A model generated the notes under the pieces. The model did not search any database and was not told where the DNA came from. It was given only the letters and a program-made list of their open reading frames with translations. Position numbers and translations under genes: made by a program. From Bdellovibrionales bacterium (GTDB lineage Bacteria; Bdellovibrionota; Bdellovibrionia; Bdellovibrionales; JAUICD01), in assembly GCA_965262715.1 (NCBI GenBank), contig OZ253553.1:768001-832000 (forward strand): a DNA stretch of 64,000 nt. Reading direction: 5' to 3'. Below are positions 1-10,311 of this stretch, piece by piece; the first letter of the stretch is position 1; every line of letters starts with the position of its first letter.

Positions 1-1759
1 ACCCCTTTGATTGTCTTATATTAAAGGGATCTTCGTCAGAGAAAACATTACTTCTAAGGTTTAGCAAAATACTGCCATCATCTGCAGACTCAACCTCAAA
101 ATAGGTTTGATCTGCCTTCTTTTCATTGAGGAATAAAGAGAGGTTTGAAACTTCTATATGGTTAGAAGACTGTAAGATTAAAGGGTGTTTTTTTACATTG
201 TTGATTAAGCTTTCAAATTCATATCTTACAAGAATTTCAGAACTGTTTGGAGGAGGCTCTTCAAAAAATATCTGTCCATTTTCAATAAAAAAGTCGTTTC
301 CTATTTTTTGCCTAACTCTATTAACTGTTACAGTGACATTATCTTTCTTGATATCTGGTTCATTTAAAGGCCAATGAGATAGTAATTGGTCAGCACCTTC
401 CGGTAGATTGGAATGAATACTTTGAACTTCTATTTGAACATCTTCTTCATGAGAATTTTGTATTGTGGTTGTAGTTAAGTTGATTTCTCTGTCTTCTAAA
501 GCTAAGAAAGGATTTAGTCCTTCTTGATATTCAACAAAGTATTCTATTTTATAGAATATATTAAGTTGCTCTCTAATGTGGTTAAAAATATTTTGTATAT
601 TTCTTTCTTCAAGAGTTTTAATATTAAACCACTGGCCTGATGTTGCTTCTACAAGAGAAGGGCATTTGAAATAGTCTTTAGAAAACCCATTGTAGTCTTG
701 AGTTAAAGCAAAAAGTTGTATATTACTTTCTTTCAGCGCATTAAGAACAGTTTGATAATCAGGTGCCTCTCTTGATTCAGGACGTGAATTGTAAAGTGGA
801 ATCCAAAAAAGGGCATCTGTAGCAAGAATGATCATGCGTTGATTACCAGGATTCCATGGAGTGTGTCTAATTGCTTCAAGCATTCCTCCTAATACATTTT
901 CATGATATTCATTATATCCTCTATGTAATCTTAGACGTGAGATATCATCTAAAAATTTTAAAACATTTTCATTTTGAAGTGTTAAAGGGTTATCTGGGTA
1001 AAAGAATCTGCATCTCTTTTCTATTGAATCTCTAAATGTAACAAGGCAGAGATTTACATGCATTTGATCTTCTTCTAGTTTATTGACCAAATAGGTAATA
1101 TTATTTTTAATCATATCAATATATCTTTCCATAGAGCCTGCTGTATTGATGACAAAGACTACTTCTAATTTATGATCAAGTCGTTCTCTTTCAGAAGATA
1201 GTGTGTAACTTTTTATGTCAATTTGATTTTCTGAAAGATGTAGGTCATCTTTTTGTAAGTCTCTAACATTGAAACCATAATGATCAAAAGCTTGAAAAAA
1301 TAAAGTGGTTTTATTGTTTTCATTTGTTATTTGCTGAAATGATTTTTGAATCCATCGATAGGGAAAAAAGTCTTGAAATAAATGATGAGATTTTTGTTGT
1401 GCTACTGGAGCAGCTTTAGGAGGAAGAGGAGTGGTAGTAATACTGGGAGCAGGAGAAATAGAGAAGGCAGTGATAGTAGGAGCAGGAAATATAGAGGAGG
1501 TTGGTTGTATGGGGTTGGTAGGTATAAGTTGTTTTGAAGGGATATTAGGTGAGTTTTTCTTTGGTATAGTGTTTTGTACAGGTGATTTAGAGTTGATAGA
1601 TTGATTTGGTTTTACATTAAAAGCAGGTCTTTGGGCATTATGTTTTAGGCTATTTGTCTGTCTAATGGGCTTTGTATGAAAAAGTGCGTTCTTACTGCAT
1701 CCTAATTGAAGAGTTAGAATTATTAGTGATAGTGATAAAAAAAAATTATTTTTCTTCAT
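1..1759 (-). CDS. VWA-domain lipoprotein with Pro/Thr/Ser-rich linker (3' end runs off the window; absent from the ORF track)
   Basis: Manual translation from ATG at 1759: MKKNNFFLSLSLIILTLQLGC (lipobox), Pro-rich linker, then VVFVINTAGSM (MIDAS-like DxSxS variant), LCLVTFRD and MIILATDA; frame stays open to the window edge. Confidence 0.75.
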   Translation of the reverse strand, partial: MKKNNFFLSLSLIILTLQLGCSKNALFHTKPIRQTNSLKHNAQRPAFNVKPNQSINSKSPVQNTIPKKNSPNIPSKQLIPTNPIQPTSSIFPAPTITAFSISPAPSITTTPLPPKAAPVAQQKSHHLFQDFFPYRWIQKSFQQITNENNKTTLFFQAFDHYGFNVRDLQKDDLHLSENQIDIKSYTLSSERERLDHKLEVVFVINTAGSMERYIDMIKNNITYLVNKLEEDQMHVNLCLVTFRDSIEKRCRFFYPDNPLTLQNENVLKFLDDISRLRLHRGYNEYHENVLGGMLEAIRHTPWNPGNQRMIILATDALFWIPLYNSRPESREAPDYQTVLNALKESNIQLFALTQDYNGFSKDYFKCPSLVEATSGQWFNIKTLEERNIQNIFNHIREQLNIFYKIEYFVEYQEGLNPFLALEDREINLTTTTIQNSHEEDVQIEVQSIHSNLPEGADQLLSHWPLNEPDIKKDNVTVTVNRVRQKIGNDFFIENGQIFFEEPPPNSSEILVRYEFESLINNVKKHPLILQSSNHIEVSNLSLFLNEKKADQTYFEVESADDGSILLNLRSNVFSDEDPFNIRQSKG

Positions 1760-1950
1760 AGTGGTTTTATTTGTTTAGTTATAATTGTTTAATATTTCGG
1801 TCATATTGATAGATAAGACATCGCATTAAAGTCTTAATAAAGTCTAGAAAACCTTGTGTTTTATACTATGTATAAAGTGGATAGCTTTTTAAGAAACTTA
1901 CTGACTGGTCTTATGCAAGACATTTTAATAGGGTCAATTGTTAAGATGGC

Positions 1951-2379
1951 TTAAAAAGAAGGTTTGAGTACAGCAATGAAAATAATAAGGACTAAAAAAA
2001 GTGTTGGGATGTGGCTGATCAAGCGACATTGCAAAGAGGATAAAAATATCTCACCTTTAACAAATCGGGATAAAGTATAGCCAACAAAGAAATGATAAAA
2101 AATGAGTAAAAATAGCAGAGTCAATTTGAGATGAAACCAACCCATCTTCATATAAAAGAAACTTTGTAAGAGAAGAGCAAAGCCAAAAATAAGAGTTAGG
2201 ATCATGAAAGGGGTTGTTACGAAAAAATATAGACGATAAGACATTTTTTGCAGAAGAGATGTGATTTCTTTAGATTGGGCATTTTCTATATAGTATCTGA
2301 AAATATAGAATATGTAGATAAGTCCAGCAAACCAGCCTACCATAGAGATCAAATGTAGAGCTTTAAGAGTTAAAAACAT
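1951..2379 (-). CDS. hemJ: Protoporphyrinogen IX oxidase HemJ (UPF0093/CopD-like membrane protein)
   Basis: LKALHLISMVGWFAGLIY N-terminus, GWFHLKLTL, C-terminal AVLKP; four hydrophobic segments. Confidence 0.75.
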   Translation of the reverse strand: MFLTLKALHLISMVGWFAGLIYIFYIFRYYIENAQSKEITSLLQKMSYRLYFFVTTPFMILTLIFGFALLLQSFFYMKMGWFHLKLTLLFLLIFYHFFVGYTLSRFVKGEIFLSSLQCRLISHIPTLFLVLIIFIAVLKPSF

Positions 2380-2601
2380 ATCTTACCTCATTTTAAAATC
2401 AAATTTTATAGATATATAGCTTATGAGTCATCATGGCTTTTGTGTATTAGACAGTTTTAGATGGCTCTGATTTAAGTAATTCTAAGGTTATTTGTTTCAT
2501 CTCATATTTATGTAGAAATTCTATTGTTATAGATTATGAATTAAGTGTATGCTATCAATATAGTCATAAATATGTCAAGGTGGGCAAAATAGGAGAATAT
2601 C

Positions 2602-3606
2602 ATGGAATCTCAAGATGAATTTCAATTTAAACCCATTAATGAGGGTTTAGGTTTTCATAAGAAGAAACCAGTTATTAATTTAGATTTTGATGAAAATATG
2701 AGCCATCAGGAACTATCGACTCAGCCGGGGATAAATAGAACGCAGTTTGACAGTCAGTATCAACAAGGCTCTTCACTTCATGGGACTTTTCAACAAAAAG
2801 ACAAGGAAATACCTTATATAACAGATCCGGGGATTCAGTTTGATAGTGAAATTGACAAAAATGCATTTGATGAAACTCAAAGCATGATGACTTACCAGGG
2901 TGATATTTTTTCTTCTCACTTGCAACCTGAACCGTCAAAAAAAACCACTCAAGTATCAAATGCTAAAACCACAGATGTGATGCCAAACGCTGCTATAAAT
3001 TCTTTTTCTCAAAAACACCACTTATCACAACAACAACATGCAGATCAACAAGCCTCTTATTCTAATCTTTCTCAATCTATTCATCCTAATACTCATTTTA
3101 ACTCAACTTATCAGGCCGATCTAAATTCTCCAAAAGAGATGCTATCTCATAAGATGGCTGAAAATATTGCATCTCATCAAAAGGTTCAAAACCTTGCTCC
3201 TCATTTTGGAGCATGGTTATTAGATTTGTTTGTAATTATAGGTCTTGTTCACATTTGTGTTGTTCCTTTACTATTTATCACTGAGTTGAGTGTTTCATAT
3301 ATCTTAACAGGTATCCAAACAGACTTTGCCTTGCAGATCAGTTTAGGCATTTTATTTCTTTCTGTTTTGAATTTTTATTTAATAACTACCAGAAACTTTT
3401 TTGGAGCTACATTAGGGGAATGGTCATTTGACATTGCTGTAGGGGATTTAAAGAAGAGGCAATCTTCTGTTTATCCTATTTTGGTAGCCTGGAGATGTTT
3501 GTTGATGAATATAACGGGTATTATTACCTTACCTTTTTTGGGATTGATCACCAGGACAGACATATTAGGAAAACTCACTTCTGTCCGGCTCACAAGATCT
3601 CTTTAG
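2602..3606 (+). CDS. RDD-family membrane protein with long low-complexity N-terminus
   Basis: N-terminal FQFKPINEGLGFHKK; C-terminal membrane region with AWLLD, GATLGEW and WR motifs typical of RDD. Confidence 0.65.
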   Translation: MESQDEFQFKPINEGLGFHKKKPVINLDFDENMSHQELSTQPGINRTQFDSQYQQGSSLHGTFQQKDKEIPYITDPGIQFDSEIDKNAFDETQSMMTYQGDIFSSHLQPEPSKKTTQVSNAKTTDVMPNAAINSFSQKHHLSQQQHADQQASYSNLSQSIHPNTHFNSTYQADLNSPKEMLSHKMAENIASHQKVQNLAPHFGAWLLDLFVIIGLVHICVVPLLFITELSVSYILTGIQTDFALQISLGILFLSVLNFYLITTRNFFGATLGEWSFDIAVGDLKKRQSSVYPILVAWRCLLMNITGIITLPFLGLITRTDILGKLTSVRLTRSL

Positions 3607-3689
3607 AAGCCATCTCAAAAATAACGTTCTATAACATTTAAGAAGTCGAATTGCAAAATGCAAAATATTATTTTATGAGATGGCTTCTA
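3604..3689. repeat. Family A MITE-like element, complete short copy
   Basis: TAGAAGCCATCTCA (3604-3617) and its reverse complement TGAGATGGCTTCTA (3676-3689); related ends near 3826, 4905, 24926, 27062, 27160, 56012, 58496, 59010, 59348, 62944. Confidence 0.75.
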
Positions 3690-3690
3690 G

Positions 3691-3766
3691 TCAAAATGGA
3701 CGGACTCTTTTGAAGTGCGTATGTGCACTTTAAAAGAGCCATAAGGGTCCATTTTGAGTGAGACAG
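3691..3766. repeat. Family B structured repeat, short variant
   Basis: TCAAAATGGAC pairs with GTCCATTTTGA, enclosing CTCTTTT-GAAGTGC / GCACTTT-AAAAGAG; the end GAGTGAGACAG resembles other B copies. Confidence 0.55.
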
Positions 3767-3901
3767 TCCTTTTATATAGAGTCTAAACTAAGAGGTTGTT
3801 TTGAAAACGTGATGACAGGAAGTAATTTTGAAATGAGTTCTAAAATCACTTGCGCATAACATCTCATTATGGCATTTTTTGAACATAATGGAGTTAGATG
3901 A

Positions 3902-4894
3902 ATGTCATCCTTAGATAAAGCTTTACTTTTAAAAATATATGATCTCATGGTACAGTCACGTATTCTTGAAGAGCGCATGATCAAAATTTATAAAAGTGGT
4001 CAGGCTTATTTTTGGATTGGAGGCCCTGGTGAAGAGGGGTTTGGAGTTCCATTAGGATTGTTAGTCTTAAAAGGTTCTGGGGCTAATTACGATTATTTGC
4101 ATTTACATTATAGATCTTCATCTACTTTGCTGGCAATGGGAATGCCATTTGAAGTGGCTATTCGTTTGATTATGAATAAGGCAACAGATATGCAAACAGG
4201 AGGGAGACTTTTTGCCAGTCACTATTGTTATCCTCCTTGGAATGTCATGCCTGTCACATCTCCTATAGAAGTTCAATATTCTTTGTCTATTGGAACAGCT
4301 TGGGCTCAACGTAGAAGAAAATCTCGTGGGATCACTATAGTTGGTGGAGGTGATGCTGGAACAGCAGAAGGAGATTTTGCAACTTGCTTGATATGGTCAT
4401 CTCGACCTAAAAATGAATTACCTCTTTTGATTATAGTTCAAAATAACCGGCATGGAATTTCAACATCTTATGAATCACAGCATGGAGAGGAGAAAATAAC
4501 TCATCGAGGTGAGGCTTTTGGTATGAGAACAGCTGTGATCAATGGTATAGATCCTGTTGAATGTTATCTCAAATTAAAAAGCGAAATAGACTATATACGA
4601 AAAAACAAACGTCCTGTTTTAGCAGAGGTTGAAGTATCTCGAATGTATGGGCATTCTTCTGCAAGTGGGGCAAACTTAGACCTGTCTGCTCCAGACCCTT
4701 TAAAAGACTTTGAATTGAAGCTGCTTAAGGATAATTTAATAAAGGAGGCAGATATTAAAATTTTATATAAAAAATACTATGATATTTGCCTTAAAATCAC
4801 TGAAGAGGTGCGTTTGGAAGCTGACCCTTCAAAAGAGTCTATTTGGGATCATGTTTATTATGGAAATGAAAATGCTAACTGGAGATACTTTTAA
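3902..4894 (+). CDS. TPP-dependent 2-oxoacid dehydrogenase E1 alpha subunit (branched-chain/pyruvate type)
   Basis: GDAGTAEGDF...QNN TPP-binding motif, GEE, LHYR, RMYGHSSA. Confidence 0.9.
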   Translation: MSSLDKALLLKIYDLMVQSRILEERMIKIYKSGQAYFWIGGPGEEGFGVPLGLLVLKGSGANYDYLHLHYRSSSTLLAMGMPFEVAIRLIMNKATDMQTGGRLFASHYCYPPWNVMPVTSPIEVQYSLSIGTAWAQRRRKSRGITIVGGGDAGTAEGDFATCLIWSSRPKNELPLLIIVQNNRHGISTSYESQHGEEKITHRGEAFGMRTAVINGIDPVECYLKLKSEIDYIRKNKRPVLAEVEVSRMYGHSSASGANLDLSAPDPLKDFELKLLKDNLIKEADIKILYKKYYDICLKITEEVRLEADPSKESIWDHVYYGNENANWRYF

Positions 4895-4940
4895 ATATCT
4901 TTCTTTTGGAGATGGCTTCTAATTGTTGTAAGTGATAACT

Positions 4941-5312
4941 CTAAAAAGGTTTTTTCAATTGGCATTTAGTACTTATTTTATATCTATTTTTTGCCAATTT
5001 TAAATAAACAAAATTAACCGCTTTTCTGAGGGGCCAGGGCCAAAGTATCCATCCAATAAGAAATAAGAGTGGAAGTTTCTGGCAAATCTTAAGTACAGCA
5101 TCACCACCTCCATATATTTTTTCACTAGAACTAATAAGCTTTATTTCTCTTTCGCATTTTTCAGGTTTAAGTGTAGAAAATTCTAAGTATAAACTTTGGT
5201 CTTGAGATGGGCGACACTGAAATCTATCAAACCAATCTAGTTTTTCTAAAAGTAACCGGGATTTTTCACATATTCCACAATCTCCGTCGTACACAACAAT
5301 CATTTTCTTCAT
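4941..5312 (-). CDS. DCC1-like thiol-disulfide oxidoreductase (DUF393)
   Basis: N-terminal VYDGDCGIC (DxxCxxC) and C-terminal Y..LAKNRY. Confidence 0.85.
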   Translation of the reverse strand: MKKMIVVYDGDCGICEKSRLLLEKLDWFDRFQCRPSQDQSLYLEFSTLKPEKCEREIKLISSSEKIYGGGDAVLKICQKLPLLFLIGWILWPWPLRKAVNFVYLKLAKNRYKISTKCQLKKPF

Positions 5313-5377
5313 AAAATCATACCTTGATAGGATGCCTTATCTCTGGATTTATTGACCAGATCTTTTGCAGCATCTTC

Positions 5378-6277
5378 TCATTTTGGAAATTCAAATTTAA
5401 ATCCATTATCGATTAATCTTTTAGGTAACACATATCGACTTTTTAACAGAAGTTCTGAATCTGTTCTTAGGAAAAAAGCTCCAATCTCTAACATCCATTT
5501 TGTCAAAGGAAAACAGATGGATATTCCCCAAGCTGCTCGAAGAGAGGACATAAAATGTTTTTGTGGTAGTGGGTTAGGTGAACAAATATTGATCACACCA
5601 CTTATACTTTTTTTGCTAATTAAAAACAAAATAGCATGAACAAAATCTTTTTCATGAATCCATGAAATATATTGAGATCCGCCATCTACAGGCCCACCAA
5701 GACCGAATTTTGTAAGTGATAAAAGAGTATCAAATATACCTTTTTTATCTGGGCTCATAACTATTGAAGATCTTAAGGCAACTTTCCGTGTATTAGGTGT
5801 ATTAGACTCAAAAATAGTTTTTTCCCATTGAGTAGCAATTTTAATACTAAAACTCCAATAGCTAGGTACATTTGGCTCATGTCCACCAATAATCCCTGTC
5901 TCTTCATCATTCGGTTTCTCGTAAGAATGGGCATAGATGGTGGCTGTACTCATTTGTAACCAAAGTTGAGGTGGATTTTTTGCCTTTGCGATGGCCTCAC
6001 TAATGACTTTTGTTGAATCTATCCGTGAATTTAGCATGTCAGTGAGATTTTGATCTGAATATCTGCAATTAACATTTCTTCCTGCAAGATTGATGATAAT
6101 ATCACAGCCATCTATTTTTTTATGCCAAGGCCCTAGTGTTTTGCCATCCCAATATAAGTAGTTGTCTTTTTTATCTGCTGAACGTGTGAGAATGTAAACT
6201 TCATAATTTTTACTTTGAAACTCTCGAAGTAAAATATTTCCAATTTGTCCAGATCCTCCAGCAATAACAATTTTCAC
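5378..6277 (-). CDS. TIGR01777-family NAD-dependent epimerase/oxidoreductase, C-terminally shortened by a premature TGA
   Basis: KIVIAGGSGQIG Rossmann motif, INLAG, SRIDST, SWIHEKD, PKRL..GFKFEFP. Likely GTG start at 6277 after GAGGTG. The frame continues past the TGA at 5380-5378 to a TGA at 5311-5309 overlapping the next ATG. Confidence 0.85.
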   Translation of the reverse strand: MKIVIAGGSGQIGNILLREFQSKNYEVYILTRSADKKDNYLYWDGKTLGPWHKKIDGCDIIINLAGRNVNCRYSDQNLTDMLNSRIDSTKVISEAIAKAKNPPQLWLQMSTATIYAHSYEKPNDEETGIIGGHEPNVPSYWSFSIKIATQWEKTIFESNTPNTRKVALRSSIVMSPDKKGIFDTLLSLTKFGLGGPVDGGSQYISWIHEKDFVHAILFLISKKSISGVINICSPNPLPQKHFMSSLRAAWGISICFPLTKWMLEIGAFFLRTDSELLLKSRYVLPKRLIDNGFKFEFPK

Positions 6278-6284
6278 AATCACC

Positions 6285-7028
6285 TCAACGGCCAAAGCTT
6301 TTTCCAGCAATCCAATAATGTTCAATGTTTTTCATAATTAAGGCATGATCAAACTCTATGCTCCCAGTTGGAAATAGTTTTTGATTATTAAAATAACTAG
6401 AGTCTATTTTCTCAACATGCAGAGGTTTTACCTTCCAATTGTCTGTTTTAAATTCTAATGATTGAAAATTTCTAGAACATCTTGTTAGAGAGTAGCCAAT
6501 AGATCCCTTTTTAAAAAAATTTGATGCTTCCTCTAAAGAGGAGAACATCGAATTTTTGGGAAACTCGCTACCTTCATTACAATTTATCTTTAGATAAGTT
6601 CTATCTTTTTTATTTCGAAAAGAAATTTCATAATTTTTTTCATATTCATTCACATTAAAGTCAGAAGTGTAATGAACTCCAGGGAACAATCGTCCACCAA
6701 ATATAGAATTGAGAATTAATGAAGTGTCCCTTCGAGGAATATATACACCCTTTTTAGTCTCTCCTTGATCTTCCCATTGAATAGCAAAGCGATGAGCAGC
6801 ATTTTCAGATTTTATACCAATAAACTTTGGAAAAAATAAAGGTCTAGTTTGCTTCAATTTAATCAAGCAGACTCCAACTGAAGCGTATCCATTGTGGACA
6901 ATTGGAGTAAAAGGTGTCGGTAAGAGATTTTTTGCCACTATAGGATCCAGTTTGTAATTGATAAGGATTCTCCTATCTATGATTCCTTTGATTTTAGTAA
7001 AATAAACCTTATTCATTTTTTTCCTCAT
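6285..7028 (-). CDS. DUF2071 (YqjF-like) protein
   Basis: RRILINY, LLP.PF.P, GVCLI, SENAAHR, GVYIPRRDT, GGRLFPG motifs; operonic with TetR, TIGR01777 and DUF393. Confidence 0.7.
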   Translation of the reverse strand: MRKKMNKVYFTKIKGIIDRRILINYKLDPIVAKNLLPTPFTPIVHNGYASVGVCLIKLKQTRPLFFPKFIGIKSENAAHRFAIQWEDQGETKKGVYIPRRDTSLILNSIFGGRLFPGVHYTSDFNVNEYEKNYEISFRNKKDRTYLKINCNEGSEFPKNSMFSSLEEASNFFKKGSIGYSLTRCSRNFQSLEFKTDNWKVKPLHVEKIDSSYFNNQKLFPTGSIEFDHALIMKNIEHYWIAGKSFGR

Positions 7029-7684
7029 AGATTTGGCAAAAAATCTCTTAAAAGCGAGATAACAGTTTTTCTGAAAGGTATTGATATAGGACTTTTAAAA
7101 GCTTGGTTCAGAGAGTTTATTAAAGGCACAGTCTTATTGATAAGTTTAAAAGTTTTTTTAGATTTTTTTGATTGATCATAAATCCAATACAAAATAACTC
7201 CCATTTGATAGAGCCAAAGATATTTAGGAAGTAAATCTTTTAAATCAGCACTGAATTTGTCATCACTACCGTTTACGACATCTTCAAAGATCTTTAGTGA
7301 TTTAAGCCTAAGTTTTTTGGATTCATCACTAAAAGGTGATAAGGGGCTTAGAGGATTTGCCGCAATTCTGTATAAGGCAGTAGCCATTTTTTTGTAGGGT
7401 AGTGCTCCTTCAATTTTACTGGTTACAACTTTATGTAAACGTTTTTCAAAAGACTTTTCTTCATTTAAGAAGTTTCCTAACTCTTCAATATGTTTATCAT
7501 GAGACTGCTTGTAATACTCATAAACAAAACTTTCTTTACTTTCAAAGTAGTAATAGGCAGCACCTGGTGTCATACCTGCCTCAGATGCGAGCAATCTCAT
7601 TGTAATTCCCTCAAAACCTTTTTCAGAGATCATCGCAGTTGCGATATTAAATAGTTTTTTTTTGGTTATTTCTGATTTACGCAT
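7025..7684 (-). CDS. TetR/AcrR-family transcriptional regulator
   Basis: GFEGITMRLLASEAGMTPGAAYYYFESKE helix-turn-helix; C-terminal LWLYQMGVILYWIYD. Confidence 0.92.
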   Translation of the reverse strand: MRKSEITKKKLFNIATAMISEKGFEGITMRLLASEAGMTPGAAYYYFESKESFVYEYYKQSHDKHIEELGNFLNEEKSFEKRLHKVVTSKIEGALPYKKMATALYRIAANPLSPLSPFSDESKKLRLKSLKIFEDVVNGSDDKFSADLKDLLPKYLWLYQMGVILYWIYDQSKKSKKTFKLINKTVPLINSLNQAFKSPISIPFRKTVISLLRDFLPNL

Positions 7685-7692
7685 TTTTCACC

Positions 7693-7763
7693 TTTTTAAA
7701 CATGTTTAAAAATTAACAGGCACAGAAGAAGAATGCAAGTATTTTTTTAAACATACTTAAAAA
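7693..7763. promoter_or_regulatory. Two candidate TetR operator palindromes upstream of the tetR operon
   Basis: Perfect 20-bp palindrome TTTTTAAACATGTTTAAAAA at 7693-7712 and near-copy TTTTTAAACATACTTAAAAA at 7744-7763. Confidence 0.65.
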
Positions 7764-8323
7764 ATATACATAAACTATTAATAATACTATTATATTTTTT
7801 TTAAAAAAGAAGAGTTAATTCTAAATACTGTGGATTTAATGAAATTAAGTTTTAGGAAAAGCCCATCTTTATTGATTAATCAATGAGTCAAAAGCTAAAA
7901 AGCTACAGGAAGAACTCTGCTACTGTGTTAGAATTTTTATAATTATTCGTCTCATACAACCTTCACTTTACAAATAAGAAAAGTCGATAATGCTGGCTGT
8001 TTGCTCTTTAGTTATTACCTCTTTTTCATTTATTTTGTATCAATATAAAGTGCTTGGAAATAAAAGAATTAAACTTAAATAGTAATGATAAGGGTTGAAT
8101 TTTTGCATAAGTAATGAAAGATAAAAATATTTTCTATAGCATCATTTCAAAAAAAAGGGGTTCATAGCATCTTGTACATTCTGTAACCTATGTCTCAGAA
8201 TGTGCAATATAGATGAGATCAGTTTTTTTAATATAGAGATGAAATTAGTGCTAGCTAATAAAATTTTGTATTGGTACATTGATATAATCAAGGCAAAAAA
8301 ATTATGTTGAACTTAAGATTTTT

Positions 8324-8989
8324 ATGAAACAGTTTTGGATTTATATTTTTTCATCAGTTGGACAAAAACAGCTTATGGCTCTATCAGGTTTAGGCTGGGG
8401 TCTATTTGCTTTAACTCATATGTTAGGGAACTTACTGATCTTGTGTGGAGATGAAGCCTACAATAAGTACAGCCATGCACTCGTGAGTAACCCTGGTATT
8501 TTTATTGCTGAGCTTGGCCTGTTCGCTCTGCTGCTCACTCATGTTTTTTATGGGATCAAATTATCTCTTGAAAATAGTAAAGCAAGAGCAATGGGGTACA
8601 GTGTGAATAAAACAGCAGCCAAGGAGGCTTCTTTAGCTTCTCGCACGATGAAATACCAAGGTATTGTGATACTGTGCTTTATTGTTTTGCATTTGATCAA
8701 CTTTAAGTTTGGAACAGAGTATATGATCACTTATGATGGAGCTGAAATCAGAGATATTTTTCGCTTAGTAGTTGAAAAATTTCAAAACCCTCTTTATGTG
8801 GGGATATATATTATCAGTGTTTCTTTATTAGGGTTTCATTTAAGTCATGGTTTATATTCATCTGTTCAATCTCTTGGGTTTTATCACGATAAATATATGG
8901 TTTGTATTAAGAGGTGTAGTGTTATTTATGGTTTTATTATTGGTTTAGGTTTTAGTATCGCTCCTATTTATATATATTTCTTTTATTAG
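8324..8989 (+). CDS. sdhC: Succinate dehydrogenase cytochrome b558 subunit
   Basis: SSVGQKQLMALSG, HMLGNL, SRTM, LHL, FHLSHG..S.VQSLG heme-ligand pattern. Confidence 0.9.
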   Translation: MKQFWIYIFSSVGQKQLMALSGLGWGLFALTHMLGNLLILCGDEAYNKYSHALVSNPGIFIAELGLFALLLTHVFYGIKLSLENSKARAMGYSVNKTAAKEASLASRTMKYQGIVILCFIVLHLINFKFGTEYMITYDGAEIRDIFRLVVEKFQNPLYVGIYIISVSLLGFHLSHGLYSSVQSLGFYHDKYMVCIKRCSVIYGFIIGLGFSIAPIYIYFFY

Positions 8990-9068
8990 CAGTGTTTGCT
9001 GCGCAAGTATTTTTATCATCAACTTTTCTTTTAAATCTCTATTAGTTTCCAGCAACTGGGAAATAAAA

Positions 9069-9182
9069 TATTACTTATATCCGTTGTAGCCGGAATTCCG
9101 GATCCCAGAAGCCGGAAACTGATTGCCGTATTGCCTGACTCCCGGTTTCCCGGAAAGGTTCTACCAAGGAACATAGGTAACA
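9069..9182. repeat. Family C element (TGTAACCTATGTCTC-type ends around CCGG-rich 8-mer repeats)
   Basis: TATTACTTATATCC ... GGAACATAGGTAACA imperfect inverted ends; GC-rich interior with CCGG/GCCTGACT units. Confidence 0.6.
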
Positions 9183-9330
9183 TTTATATCAGAGACTATG
9201 TAAACTTTACAATTGGCTATAGAATTTTTTCAAAGCCTATTGCCTTATTAAAAAGAATGAATTAAAATACATAAACTAAAAAATCTAAAAATCAATATAA
9301 GGAATAGAGATTATAATTATTATAAAACAG

Positions 9331-10059
9331 TTGTTTATAGCACTATTTTTAACCACTATCTTTGCTGGTTGTGGGAAGGTTCCAGTGATTGGACTGATAG
9401 ATGTGATAAATAGAACCGATACTCCTAATCCTTTTAATAATTCTTTATTTGCAAATTATGAAACTTATCAATCTGCCTTACAAGAATTAGATGAGGTAGA
9501 CTCTATGACTGATACTGAGCTGGAAGACTTTTTATTTAGCGAAGATTACAGAGTCCATACTGAATTTTTGCCATATATTGATGAGTATGAACAACTTAAA
9601 GAATGGTTTACAGGTGAATCGACAATAAGAGGTAACATTAAATTTGTAATGACAGATTTAGAAAATATTGCAACAGAGGCGGATTTTAGAGAGTTTAAAG
9701 ATACAGATAGATTAAAAGGTATAGCAGGTGAATGTCGCTGGAAGAGACTAGACAATGAAAAGCCAGTAAGGCTCATTAAAATAGATTATACTTTTTGGGT
9801 TCTTAGTTCTTCATTAAATCAAATGAAAACAATATTTCATGAACTAGGACATTGTGACTTAGATCGTACTGATGAACCAGATGACACTCCCTCTTTGATG
9901 GCGTATAAGGGCAGGATTATTTCTGACTTTAAAAATGACCGACTACCGAAATATCGAAAAACAAGACTTTATCAAGAGCTTTTCGATTTTGAAAAAATGA
10001 ATAATAACGAGTATGATTTTTTTAGAAGGTATGAAGAGGATTATTTTTCTAACAACTAA
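9331..10059 (+). CDS. Putative lipoprotein zinc metallopeptidase (zincin)
   Basis: Lipobox FAGC; TIFHELGHCDL; PSLM Met-turn-like; TTG start uncertain. Confidence 0.7.
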   Translation: MFIALFLTTIFAGCGKVPVIGLIDVINRTDTPNPFNNSLFANYETYQSALQELDEVDSMTDTELEDFLFSEDYRVHTEFLPYIDEYEQLKEWFTGESTIRGNIKFVMTDLENIATEADFREFKDTDRLKGIAGECRWKRLDNEKPVRLIKIDYTFWVLSSSLNQMKTIFHELGHCDLDRTDEPDDTPSLMAYKGRIISDFKNDRLPKYRKTRLYQELFDFEKMNNNEYDFFRRYEEDYFSNN

Positions 10060-10224
10060 TGAGCTTGTTGAATAAATATCAAGTTTAAGGATTTAATCTT
10101 ATAGGCTACAGCTAATTATCATTTGATCCAGAAAACAATGAACAAATAATGGATTATAACTTAGGATATTTTGGTTTAGAAAATAAAAAATTAACGGCTC
10201 TGGAAAATCCTTTTGGGCCAAAAG

Positions 10225-10311
10225 TGTAACCTATATCTCCAGAATGGACCGACTGAAGTCTGCCCGAGTGCCTGACTGCCAGATCGGTCCTGCCCAGGGA
10301 TATAGATAACA
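10225..10311. repeat. Family C element
   Basis: TGTAACCTATATCTCC ... GGGATATAGATAACA inverted ends enclosing TGCCCGAG-TGCCTGAC-TGCCAGAT 8-mers; an extra ATAGGTAACA follows. Confidence 0.7.

Noticed and set aside
3849..3877. dif-like Xer site CTTGCGCATAA-CATCTCA-TTATGGCATTT
   Set aside because: The XerC-like arm is good, but the spacer is 7 bp and the XerD arm departs from TTATGTTAAAT; not supportable
7963..7990. Sigma-28-like promoter TCACTTTA-N12-GTCGATAA upstream of sdhC
   Set aside because: About 330 bp from the start codon, with mismatches in both boxes in AT-rich DNA; too weak to call
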